From assembly GCA_963820525.1 (NCBI GenBank), contig CAWGAA010000001.1:1152001-1216000 (forward strand): DNA of 64,000 nucleotides. Reading direction: 5' to 3'. This stretch comes from an uncultured Spirochaetota bacterium. Lineage in GTDB: Bacteria > Spirochaetota > Spirochaetia > SZUA-6 > Fen-1364. Shown piece after piece: positions 29,304 through 39,484 of this stretch; position 1 is the first letter of the stretch; every line of letters starts with the position of its first letter. A program made the position numbers and the translations under genes. Under the pieces are notes generated by a model. That model did no database searches. It was not told the DNA's origin and was given only the letters and a program-made list of their open reading frames with translations.

Positions 29304-30758
29304 TCAGGAGACCCGCCGCTCGGCATGCGGCCGCGGCCGGTCAAGCGCGGCGCCCGGCGGGCTCACCGGAATACGCACCGTAAAAACTGTTTTCCCCGGC
29401 CGGGAGGTGAAATCGATTTCCCCGCCGTGCCGTCGAACAATGCCATAGGCGATGTTCAATCCCTGACCGGACCCCTTGCCCAGAGGCTTTGTCGTGAAAA
29501 AGAGATTGAAGACCCGGGATTTGATATCCTCGGGAATGCCCGGCCCATTGTCTTCCACCTCCACCGCCACACCGTTATCCCGCCGACGCGTCCGCACTAC
29601 GATCTCCCCTTTTCCCGCGAGCGCGTCCGCTGCATTGTCGATCAGGTTGGTCCATACCTGGTTGAGCTCGCTTGCGTGCGCCGAAACGCGGGGAAGACCC
29701 TGGGCGTAATCCCGGCGCACGGTGATGCCCGGGGAAAGCTTGTGCTTCAGGATGATCAGGGTGTTTTCCAACCCCTCATGAATATCCACCTCCTGAACGG
29801 GCCCCTGATCGAGGTAAACATAGCTTTTGAGGGCCTTGACGATATCCGTTATCTGCCGGGCTCCAAGGGCGATTTCCTTTGAAAGAGATTCCACCACGTA
29901 AGAGGCGGAGATTAGCACTATGGCATCTTGAAGCAGGGGAAGCGGATAGACGCGGGCTAGCTCATCGAGCCCGGCGGGCGTGTATCCGATATCGGCCAGG
30001 TCCGGCGCACGCCGGCTCTCCTCAAGGAGCCCTCTTTTTTCGAGCCACTGCTCGATTGCCTCCTGCGTTTCGCCGCGTTTTGGATCGCTTGCGTCTCCCG
30101 GTCCGTCCGCGCTCTTGCGCGCTTGCGCCAGGCGCCGCGCAAGCTCATCAATGCGGTCCGGCGAGAGCCCCGCACGGACGAGGCGCTCTTGCGCGAAGCT
30201 CAGCTCTTCCACCGCGCGGCGGAGCTGCTCGGCGCCGCGAAGAGCGGCCGAGGCGGGATTGTTCAGCTCGTGAGCCATCCCCGCCGTGAGGATTCCCAGC
30301 TGGGCCATTTTCTCGCTCTGCATAAGCATGGCCTGGGTTTCCCGAAGGCGCGCCGTGACCGTGGCCAGGATGACCCTGGCGGCCGCCGGGCTCGAGGCGA
30401 GCAGCCGCTCAAACTCTCCGCCTCCGATAGCTAAAACGACGCTGTCAGAGAGTGCCCGCGCGCCCGCCATGCGCGGCGCCTTCTCCAGAAGCGCCATCTC
30501 TCCCACCACCTCGCCCTGCCGTCTCACCGCCAGGGTGACTTCCCTGCCGTCGGAGAGCTTGACGATCTCGATCTCTCCTTTTTCGATCACGTATGCGTAG
30601 TCTCCAGGACCGCCCTGCCTGAAAAGCTCCGCACCGGCGGCAAGGCTCACCTCCTTCACCATTGCGGACAGGCTTTCGAGGTCGGCCTCGGGAAGCTCCT
30701 TGAACAGGGCGACCCCTCTGAGGAAATCAAGCACCCGCCCCGCGCCTTCCCCGCTCAT
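29304..30758 (-). CDS. cNMP-binding domain histidine kinase
   Basis: LFRQG..GEVVGEMALL..RMAGARA; AGMAHELNNP; NLIDNAADA; FFTTKPLGKGSGQGL. Confidence 0.92.
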   Translation of the reverse strand: MSGEGAGRVLDFLRGVALFKELPEADLESLSAMVKEVSLAAGAELFRQGGPGDYAYVIEKGEIEIVKLSDGREVTLAVRRQGEVVGEMALLEKAPRMAGARALSDSVVLAIGGGEFERLLASSPAAARVILATVTARLRETQAMLMQSEKMAQLGILTAGMAHELNNPASAALRGAEQLRRAVEELSFAQERLVRAGLSPDRIDELARRLAQARKSADGPGDASDPKRGETQEAIEQWLEKRGLLEESRRAPDLADIGYTPAGLDELARVYPLPLLQDAIVLISASYVVESLSKEIALGARQITDIVKALKSYVYLDQGPVQEVDIHEGLENTLIILKHKLSPGITVRRDYAQGLPRVSAHASELNQVWTNLIDNAADALAGKGEIVVRTRRRDNGVAVEVEDNGPGIPEDIKSRVFNLFFTTKPLGKGSGQGLNIAYGIVRRHGGEIDFTSRPGKTVFTVRIPVSPPGAALDRPRPHAERRVS

Positions 30759-32410
30759 ACCGACTTCAGGTACTGGTGGATCAGCGCCACCGCCACGGCC
30801 CCTTCTCCCACGGCAGAGCCGACCCTCTTTACCGACATGTGCCGCACATCCCCGGCCGCGAAAATGCCGGGGACCCCCGTCTCCAGCAGATACGGGTCTC
30901 GCTTCAGGTTCCAGCTCTTCGGGCGCGTGCCGTCCGATACAAGATCCCGTCCGGTGAGGATGAACCCGGCCGAATCGCGCTCGACAAGCCCGTCCAGCAT
31001 GTCGGTGTGGGCCGCCGCTCCGATGAAAACGAACATGGCCCCGACGGCGAGCGTTTGCGGGGCGCCCCCGTTCCTTTCCCGTATCGTGACCGATTCCAGC
31101 CGCGACTCGCCCTTCACCTCGGAAACCTCGGCGCCCAAAAGGACGGCGATGTTCTGCGTGGATTGAATCTGCTCGACGAGATAGGCGGACATGCCGGACT
31201 CCAGGGATTCCCCCCGGACAACGAGGAACACGATCCTTGCATGGCGGGAGAGGAATATGGCCCCCTGTCCGGCGGAGTTGGCTCCCCCCACGACAACGAC
31301 GTCCTGCCCCTTGGAGTTGAGCGCTTCCGTCATGGCGGCGCCGTAGTAGATTCCGGCCCCCGTGAGGCGGTCCGCGCCGGGAAGCTCCAGCTTTCTCACG
31401 GACACCCCCGTGGAGATCAGAAGTGCATGGCAGCTGAGCTCGCTCGAATCCGCGAGGCGAACGAAACGGTAGGGATCCTCGACGCGCACCCCGATCACCT
31501 CGCCGCTCACGATCTCCACTCCGAAGCGCCTGGCCTGAATGGTGGCCCGGCGCGCTAAATCCCCGCCGCTCAGGCCCTTGGGAAAGCCGAGGTAGTTTTC
31601 GATCAGCGAGCTGGTGCCGGCCTGCCCGCCGGTGGCCTCCTTTTCGACAAGAACCGTGTGCAGGCCCTCGGAGCCGGCATAGACCGCTGCCGCCAGCCCC
31701 GCCGGGCCGCCGCCGATGATGGCAAGGTCATAGAAAGGACGCGCGGCCCTTGTCTGCAGGCCGCTTTTTTCGGCAAGCTCGCGAACGCCCGGATCCGCGA
31801 GGAAACTTCCATCGGGAAAGAGGACAACCGGAAGCTTCTGCATCCCATCCAGGGTGCCGAGAAGCCGCTGGGCTTCCCCATCCTTTTCGACGTCCATCCA
31901 CAGGTACGGGATCTGGTTTCTGGAGAGGAAATCCTTCACAGCGTGGCTCTTTGCGGACCAGACGGTGCCCAGCACTCGGATTCCTTCAAAGGGAGGCCTG
32001 TTCGCCGCCGCCCAGTCTCCCAGAAGGTCTTCAAGGACCGGGTAGAGCTCTTTCTCCGGAGGATCCCATGGCTTCATGAGGTAATGATCCAGGCCGAGCT
32101 TGTTGATGCTGGTGATCGCAGCCTGGGTGTCGGCATAGGCGGTGAGCAGCACTTTCTTTGCGCCTGGATAAACCGTGACGGCTTCCGCCAGGAATTCGGT
32201 GCCGCTCATCTGCGGCATGCGCTGGTCCACGAGAAAAAGCGCCAGGGCGCCGCCGCGTCTTTTGAGCTCCCGAACGGCCGCGAGCGCCTCGTCCCCGGAA
32301 GGCGCCTTTACGATCCGGTAGTGGGAGCCGAAACGATCGCGAAGATCGCGCTCGATGGCGTTGAGCACCTGCGGCTCATCGTCCACCGTAAGGATTACGG
32401 GTCTTGCCAT
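30755..32410 (-). CDS. REC + glutaredoxin-like + thioredoxin-reductase-like FAD protein lacking CxxC
   Basis: TVDDE..LVDQRMP..LLTAY..MKPW; GGGPAG; IENYLGFP; GIYYGAAMTE; GGANSAG; FAAGDVR. Confidence 0.9.
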   Translation of the reverse strand: MARPVILTVDDEPQVLNAIERDLRDRFGSHYRIVKAPSGDEALAAVRELKRRGGALALFLVDQRMPQMSGTEFLAEAVTVYPGAKKVLLTAYADTQAAITSINKLGLDHYLMKPWDPPEKELYPVLEDLLGDWAAANRPPFEGIRVLGTVWSAKSHAVKDFLSRNQIPYLWMDVEKDGEAQRLLGTLDGMQKLPVVLFPDGSFLADPGVRELAEKSGLQTRAARPFYDLAIIGGGPAGLAAAVYAGSEGLHTVLVEKEATGGQAGTSSLIENYLGFPKGLSGGDLARRATIQARRFGVEIVSGEVIGVRVEDPYRFVRLADSSELSCHALLISTGVSVRKLELPGADRLTGAGIYYGAAMTEALNSKGQDVVVVGGANSAGQGAIFLSRHARIVFLVVRGESLESGMSAYLVEQIQSTQNIAVLLGAEVSEVKGESRLESVTIRERNGGAPQTLAVGAMFVFIGAAAHTDMLDGLVERDSAGFILTGRDLVSDGTRPKSWNLKRDPYLLETGVPGIFAAGDVRHMSVKRVGSAVGEGAVAVALIHQYLKSV

Positions 32411-32438
32411 CACCCTGTCTCCAGAAGTTTTAGAGAAC

Positions 32439-32482
32439 AATACTCGCGCCCGATTTATCTAAATACGAGTATTTTAGTCAAT
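32439..32482. promoter_or_regulatory. AT-rich operator/promoter region of the REC-TrxR operon
   Basis: AATACTCG-N19-CGAGTATT and AAATAC-GA-GTATTT next to minus-strand TTGACT. Confidence 0.5.
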
Positions 32483-33159
32483 AATAATGGTACCCGGCGG
32501 CATCGTCCATCTCGAACGCGAGCTCTCCCGCCTCGATGCGCGCCGGCAGGCTGTTTTCCCTCGGTGCCAGAGGGCAGATCCAGCGCGGGCTGTACGCGCA
32601 GGAGGGATTATACGAAAAATTGAAGTCGAGCAGGATTTCGTCATGGCTCGCCCCGAGGTCCGCGCCATTGATCGTGTCGTAGAGGTATCTGCCTCCGCCA
32701 AACGTGCTCTCGCCGTTTGTCAGATCCTTGAACGGCAGGAACAGCCCCCCCATAGCCGTCTATCCAATAGAGCGTGAGGGTCGCGGGATTGCCGCCTAGG
32801 GCTTTCCCGGGAATCTCCACGCTTGCGAAGGGACGAAAGCTTATCCTCCCTTCCGCAAGCTCCAGCGTCCGCGGGCTCGCGGCCTTCCCTTCTTCTCTGG
32901 GCTTGATTGGCAGATGAAAGCGCAGGGATGGATCATAAGGAAAATAGGGAAGCTGGCTGAAAGACAGCCTCTTCTCGGGCTCCAGCGGGGATTGGGGATG
33001 AGCTTTGAACATTTCCGAGCGTCTGTTTCGATACACGTCCCACGCTTTTGCGGCATCCGCGTCCGACGACCTTCTGACTTCGCCATACAGCTCCGAGGTC
33101 AAGGCGCGCCAATGCGCAAGATCGAGGAGCGCGAGACCGCCTGGTTCCCTGCCCGACAT
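32478..33159 (-). pseudogene. DUF1684 family protein, frameshifted at a C7 run (32745-32751)
   Basis: HPQSPL..LPYFPYDP..YWIDGYGG, then in another frame LFLPFKDLTNG..GGGRYL..LDFNFSYNPSCAY..CPL. Confidence 0.8.
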
Positions 33160-33270
33160 CGGCAAATTCTCCCTCTCCCCAATGATACTGATGCAACACG
33201 CGGGCGGCCCCCGGGCGTCTCCTGTTACAGGCCCCCCGCGCCGATGTATGATGATGAAGGAGGTGACACG

Positions 33271-33897
33271 ATGCTTCGACGCGTTCTTTTCATGTGCGGA
33301 ATGGCTGCTGTCCTGCTCTACGTCCTGGCGGTTATCCTGGGGGGGATCCTGCGGCCGGGGTACAGCCATCTTTCGATGGCGGTGAGCGAGCTCATCGAAT
33401 CGGGCGCTCCCAACATGCTCCTCCTGGACGTCATTTTCATCGTCTATAACGTGCTGCTCATGGTCTTTGCCTGGGCGGTGGGGATGAGCACGCGCGGAGA
33501 AGGCCTGCGCCTCATCACTGCCGGAAGCATCATCCTCGGCGTTGTAGGCCTGCTTGGACTCGCCTTGATCGCATTCTTCCCTATGGATCCGCGCGGAGCG
33601 GCGCCAACCATTCAGGGCACAGGGCACCTCTTCCTTGCCGGAGCCCTTTCCATCGGCTCCATTCTCACGGTCTTCTTCCTCGGAGTCGGCTCGAAGGTCC
33701 GGGACGGCTTCTGGTTCTATTCCCTGGCTTCGGGGATCCTGGTGCTCGTCGCGGGAGGATTCGCCGCGGCGCTCGCAGCCCAGGGAAGTCCCTTTCTGGG
33801 GCTGGCGGAGAGGCTGACGATCGGGCTTTTCCTTCAGTGGATCTTTGTTTTCAGCGCGAAGCTGATGCGTGAAGACTCGGGAAGGGCCGGGACGTAG
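33271..33897 (+). CDS. DUF998 family membrane protein
   Basis: PGYSH..AVSEL, FPMD..H, GLAERL; AGGAGGT RBS. Confidence 0.8.
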   Translation: MLRRVLFMCGMAAVLLYVLAVILGGILRPGYSHLSMAVSELIESGAPNMLLLDVIFIVYNVLLMVFAWAVGMSTRGEGLRLITAGSIILGVVGLLGLALIAFFPMDPRGAAPTIQGTGHLFLAGALSIGSILTVFFLGVGSKVRDGFWFYSLASGILVLVAGGFAAALAAQGSPFLGLAERLTIGLFLQWIFVFSAKLMREDSGRAGT

Positions 33898-34018
33898 AAG
33901 GCGTGATGGCGCCGCTCGCTTCGCGAAACAGCGCAGGCTGCAGCGGGCTGAAAAGGTGGCCCGGGCCCGCCTATCGGCGGACCCGGGTCGGAAAGATTAC
34001 TTTAGCGGCGGCGCTCCC

Positions 34019-34384
34019 TTAATTTCCATAGAGAGTGATCACGTATTGCGGCGTATCGGGATCATTGCTGTTGATCCTGAAGAATCCCGTGCTCCCCGCC
34101 GATTGGGTGGGATCGAACCTGATGGTGAATGTCGTCGTTCCCGAAGCCGCGATCGAGGTCGAGACGGGGCTGGTGTAATCGAAATCGAGGCTGTCCCCAT
34201 CCAGCGTCACGCCGGAAATCGTGAGAGTTCCGAGCCCGAGGTTCTCGATCGTGAAAGTCACCCAGGGGCCTACCACGCCGCCGTCCCCATCCGCCGCTAC
34301 GGTTCCGAAATCATACGATCCTGAGCCGCTCGGAATAGTCGTGGTTCCCTGCTTGACGTTGATGTTGGGATACAGAACCCCCGT
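34019..34384 (-). pseudogene. Orphan Ig-like (choice-of-anchor D-like) domain remnant
   Basis: PNINVKQG..YDFG..TFTIENLG..LTI..FTIRFDP..INSNDPD..ITLYGN; no start codon or signal peptide at its 5' end. Confidence 0.65.
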
Positions 34385-35233
34385 TCACGTCGGTCTCGCG
34401 CGCCAAGATCCAACCACCGCCCCAGCGACAATCAATGCCATGGCCAGCGCCGAAAGCGGGGTGAGGGACTTCCCGCCAAGGAAGACCAGCGCCAGGGTGG
34501 AGATGAGCGGGGTGACGTAGGAGAGAGAGCCGATTACCCGGGGGTCTCCGCGCTTGAGGGCGGCATCCCAAAAGAAGAAGGCCGCTCCCATTGGGCCCGC
34601 TCCCAGGAGAAGAAGAAAAACCCAATCAGGCGCGCCCAACATCGCAATCCCTGCAAAACCGGCCTGCAGGAGGTGAGCCGCAAGGGAGAGCAGCCCCGAA
34701 GCGAGACAGAATCCCCCCACGGCGCCGCTGGGAAACGGCGGCAGGCGCTTGGTGAGGAGCGAATAGAGCGCCCACACCAGGGCTGCCGCGGCAGCCAGAA
34801 GATAGCCGGGAAGGCCGGCGAGATCGATTTCAAGAGATCCGCCCGTGACAATGAGCGCTGCGCCCAGGAGTCCCGCGATGGCCCCGACCAGATGGTTGGG
34901 CCGCAGGGAGAAGCCCCGAAGCACAATCGGAGAGAGAACAACGATGAGCAGGGGCCAGAGATAGTTGATCAGGTTCGCTTCGATGGTTGGGGCAAACCGA
35001 AACGCTGTGAACAGGAGGAAATGGTAGCCGAAAATTCCCCCGACTCCGATGCAGAATGTGCGCAGAGGCACCCGCCAGGAGCGCACCTGGGTCAAGCCGA
35101 GAAGCCCGCCGACGGTCAGGGCGATCCCGACCATGAGCAGGGGCGGGAGATGAGCCAGCTTGGAGGCGAGGAATGCGAGAAAACCCCATAAAAGAATCGC
35201 GCCGAACGCAAGCGCAGCGTACGAGGATTTCAT
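34385..35233 (-). CDS. EamA/DMT transporter
   Basis: About 10 TM; EANLINYLWPLL, LSYVTP. Confidence 0.88.
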   Translation of the reverse strand: MKSSYAALAFGAILLWGFLAFLASKLAHLPPLLMVGIALTVGGLLGLTQVRSWRVPLRTFCIGVGGIFGYHFLLFTAFRFAPTIEANLINYLWPLLIVVLSPIVLRGFSLRPNHLVGAIAGLLGAALIVTGGSLEIDLAGLPGYLLAAAAALVWALYSLLTKRLPPFPSGAVGGFCLASGLLSLAAHLLQAGFAGIAMLGAPDWVFLLLLGAGPMGAAFFFWDAALKRGDPRVIGSLSYVTPLISTLALVFLGGKSLTPLSALAMALIVAGAVVGSWRARPT

Positions 35234-36069
35234 CTTGAGACCGACAGGAACGCCACACCGGCCAGGGCAAGGGCAAGCCCCGCGACGCGGGCCTCCGTCA
35301 GCCGCTCCCGAAGAACCAGCCAGGCAAGGAGGACGGTCGGACCCGGGTAGAGGGAGCAGACCACGGTAACGGTTGAGAGCATGCCGGTCCTTGCGGCCAT
35401 CAGAAAGGCGATGTTGGCTCCCATGTCGAGCACGCCGGAAAGAAGGATGATGGGAAGCCCCCCCTCGGGGCGAAGCGAGCGGCGCCGAAGAATCGCCATG
35501 AACACGACAATCAGAATCGTAGAGAGCCGGGCCGAAACCAGGGGCCACAATCCAGAGCCATCAGACGTCCGGGAGATGGCAATGAAAAAAAGCCCGAAAC
35601 CGAGGCCCGCTGCGGCGCCCAGAAGGGCCGCGCGCCGCACGAGGCCTTCCTTCCTCGCTCCTGCAGGGCCGGACGTGAGAAGCGCAATCGCGGGGATTGC
35701 AAGCGCGATGCCGATCCAGGAGAAGACGCCCGGGCGCTCGCCCAAAGCGAGGCCGAAGAGAACCGGGATCACGGCCCCCGTGACCGCGGCAACGGGGGAA
35801 GCCACGGCGACGAGCGTCGTGGCAAGGGCGGTGTACAGGGCCGCGAGCCCGACGGTGCCGCATACGCCGGCAACGGAACCCCACGCCAGATCCCATCCTC
35901 CGGGAAGGCTTTCCCGCAGGATCAGGGAGGCGCCAACCGCCATGAGCGCGCCGATGAGCTGCGAGATGACAAGGACGGAAAAGATGGAGCTCTTCCTGGT
36001 CCCCAGGCCTCCGCAGAAATCGCCGGCACCGTACATGAGAGCCGAGAGCCCTGCAAGGAAGATCGGCAC
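35230..36069 (-). CDS. EamA/DMT transporter
   Basis: YGAGDFCGG, SLYPGPTVLLA..LRERL; GTG start; stop overlaps the next ATG. Confidence 0.85.
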   Translation of the reverse strand: MPIFLAGLSALMYGAGDFCGGLGTRKSSIFSVLVISQLIGALMAVGASLILRESLPGGWDLAWGSVAGVCGTVGLAALYTALATTLVAVASPVAAVTGAVIPVLFGLALGERPGVFSWIGIALAIPAIALLTSGPAGARKEGLVRRAALLGAAAGLGFGLFFIAISRTSDGSGLWPLVSARLSTILIVVFMAILRRRSLRPEGGLPIILLSGVLDMGANIAFLMAARTGMLSTVTVVCSLYPGPTVLLAWLVLRERLTEARVAGLALALAGVAFLSVSR

Positions 36070-36088
36070 GCCGTACTCCCGCTAACTC

Positions 36089-36104
36089 TATCTAATTGTA
36101 GATA
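36089..36104. promoter_or_regulatory. Palindromic operator candidate upstream of the DMT pair
   Basis: TATCTA-ATTG-TAGATA, containing minus-strand TACAAT. Confidence 0.45.
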
Positions 36105-36232
36105 ACGTACCCGCCGCCGCCCGTGGCAAAAGCCAAGAGCAGGGCCAAGGCCGGGGCGACCCGTTTTCTCATCTGATAGAGTGGTTTGTTGCGGAACTAT
36201 ACCACTTTGTTCTTCGGCTTTCGAGTCGCGCT

Positions 36233-37228
<996 letters not shown>

Positions 37229-37297
37229 GGGAGAAAGATAATCACGTAGGCCCCCGCCGAGTACTTCAGCCGAATCTGACGGAGGCGATCGTGGGGC

Positions 37298-37869
37298 AAG
37301 CCCGGCTCCATGGGAATGTCCTCTCCGGGCTACGATATCGACCTTCTGGACGAAGACGGCCATTCATGCGAGGTAGGAGAGAAAGGGCAGATCGTGGTGC
37401 GCACCGACTCCCATACTCCCGTCGGAATGTTCCTGGGCTACTTCCGGGATCCCGATCTCACCAAACGGGCCTGGCACGACGGAGTCTACGGCACGGGGGA
37501 CGTGGCCTGGAAGGACGAGGACGGCTACCTGTGGTTCGTCGGGCGCACAGACGACGTCATCAAGAGCTCCGGCTACCGCATCGGGCCCTTCGAGGTGGAA
37601 AGCGCCCTGATCGAGCACCCGGCGGTCCTGGAATGCGCCGTCACCGGCGTGCGCGACCCCCGGACCGGGGCCAGGTCGTGAAAGCCACCGTGGTGCTGGC
37701 CAAAGGATATTCCGCCAGCCCCGAGCTTTCCACCGAGCTCCAGGAGCACGTGAAGAAGACCACGGCGCCCTACAAGTACCCGCGGATCATCGAGTTCGCG
37801 ACCGAGCTTCCCAAGACCATCAGCGGGAAGATCCGCCGCGTGGAGATCCGGGAAAAGGACGTGGAGTAG
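37298..37869 (+). pseudogene. Acyl/acetyl-CoA synthetase 3' remnant with frameshift
   Basis: [45 protein letters not shown]; shift at C5 (37657-37661); [12 protein letters not shown]-terminal two thirds absent. Confidence 0.85.
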
Positions 37870-37929
37870 AGGCGGGAGAGGGCGGCGCCGCCGGCCTGAA
37901 AAGGTGCCGCCCCAGGCTCCAAGCGGTCT

Positions 37930-38733
37930 TTAGCCCTTCCTCCGCGCCGAAAGAAAGATCCTGAAAAAGCGCATCGTCACCTTTCCCTCGCCGTCGGCCT
38001 GCTGCCGAAACGATGAGCTGACGATCTCCTTGAACCGCTGGACGTACGATTCGCTTAAAGCGCAGCCGTAGTTTCCGGGGTCGAGGCAGCCGACCATGGC
38101 CCCGGTCGAGAATATGCCGAATGCCTCCTCGGCCGAGTGCTTCGAAATCGTCTCGCGGATTTCGGCCTGCGCCCCGACGAATCCCGCTTTCTCAAAAAGC
38201 TCCTGGTACTCCCGGGAGGTGTCCAGGAAGAACCATGGCGGCCTGAAGGTCGAGAATACCGGGCCGGTCTTGCTGTCCGACAGCACGGCTTCCATTGCGC
38301 GAAGGAACACGGGCGAGTAATTCCGGGTTGCCGGCGCCTGCATGACGGCCTTTCCGCCCCCGCGCAAGGCGCGGAGGAAAGCCCGCGCCGCTTCAAGCGG
38401 CCGGGAGAACCACTGGAACGTGGAGTTGCAGAATACCACGTCAAACTCATCCTTGAACGCGAGATCCTCGGCGCTGACAGTGAAAAACTCGATCCCGTTC
38501 TTCGCGTATGCCGACTTCGCCTTTTCGATCATCCCGTCGCTCACGTCCGTTCCCACGACCCGCCCGCCGGTCATCCCGCGGATGACGGCGGTGATGGCGC
38601 CGCTGGCGCACCCGACGTCGAGGACATCCTCCTTGCCCGTGAAGGGGATCAGCTTCAAAAGCGTTTCAGCCGCCGCCCGCTGCACGAGCGATGTCCTTTC
38701 GTACTCCGACGCCACCTTCGTAAAGCCGCTCAC
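37930..38733 (-). CDS. Class I SAM-dependent methyltransferase (Tam/BioC-like)
   Basis: VLDVGCASG, FDVVFCNSTFQW; AGGAGGA RBS, GTG start. Confidence 0.85.
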   Translation of the reverse strand: MSGFTKVASEYERTSLVQRAAAETLLKLIPFTGKEDVLDVGCASGAITAVIRGMTGGRVVGTDVSDGMIEKAKSAYAKNGIEFFTVSAEDLAFKDEFDVVFCNSTFQWFSRPLEAARAFLRALRGGGKAVMQAPATRNYSPVFLRAMEAVLSDSKTGPVFSTFRPPWFFLDTSREYQELFEKAGFVGAQAEIRETISKHSAEEAFGIFSTGAMVGCLDPGNYGCALSESYVQRFKEIVSSSFRQQADGEGKVTMRFFRIFLSARRKG

Positions 38734-38745
38734 AATGCTCCTCCT

Positions 38746-39333
38746 TTATTCGCGCTCGCTCCACCCCTTGGGCGGAGTGATGACCCAGATGGCCTTCAGC
38801 GCATTCTTTCCCGTGTTGGTCAATGTGTGGGGGATGTCCGAAGCGAAGCTCACCGAGTCCCCCGTCTCGAGGTCGTACTGCCCCGTTCCATAGCTCAGCC
38901 GTCCCCGTCCCTCCAGGATCAGTCCCAGCTCGCTTCCGGGGTGGCCATAGCCGGCCTCCCCCTTCTCTCCGCCGGGCTGGATCTCCAACAGATACGCCTC
39001 GATTCCGTGCTGCCGGGAAGCATCGCTCATGCTGGAGAGGTGATAGAAGACCGTTTTTTTCAGGACTGTCTTCCTCCTGTCCCGCGGCCGCACGATGCTC
39101 ACCGTCTTGTCACGCTTTCTGTCCTTGAACAGCCACTCCAGGTCGATGTCCAGGGCATCGGTGAGGGCCAGGAGGGTGTCCAGCGAGGGGGAAATCCGGT
39201 TCCTCTCGATCTGGGACACGAGGCTTTCCGAGAGCCCGATGCGGCCGGAAAGCTCCTTCAGGGTGATGCCCTTCTTCTCCCGGACGGCCCGGATCTTCTC
39301 TCCGAAGCCCTTTTTCGTCTCCTTTATTTTCAC
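38746..39333 (-). CDS. XRE HTH + cupin transcriptional regulator
   Basis: TLKELS..LSESLVSQIERNRISPSL; HPGSE..GDSVSF..PH. Confidence 0.9.
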   Translation of the reverse strand: MKIKETKKGFGEKIRAVREKKGITLKELSGRIGLSESLVSQIERNRISPSLDTLLALTDALDIDLEWLFKDRKRDKTVSIVRPRDRRKTVLKKTVFYHLSSMSDASRQHGIEAYLLEIQPGGEKGEAGYGHPGSELGLILEGRGRLSYGTGQYDLETGDSVSFASDIPHTLTNTGKNALKAIWVITPPKGWSERE

Positions 39334-39344
39334 TTCATCCTCTT

Positions 39345-39397
39345 AAGTATTTATGTAGCAACGAATTTACTTTTAGTCAAGCCCCTGAAGTATTTAT
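39345..39397 (-). promoter_or_regulatory. Promoter and repeated operator of the XRE regulator
   Basis: TTGACT-17-TACATA on the minus strand; AAGTATTTAT at 39345 and 39388. Confidence 0.6.
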
Positions 39398-39484
39398 AAA
39401 GTCCCCGGGGAGGGTGGCGCAGAGAGCGCAGCGCCGCCGCGCAGGTGAAACGGTCGTGAGAGCTGCCGGCTGACGCGGGCGGAG

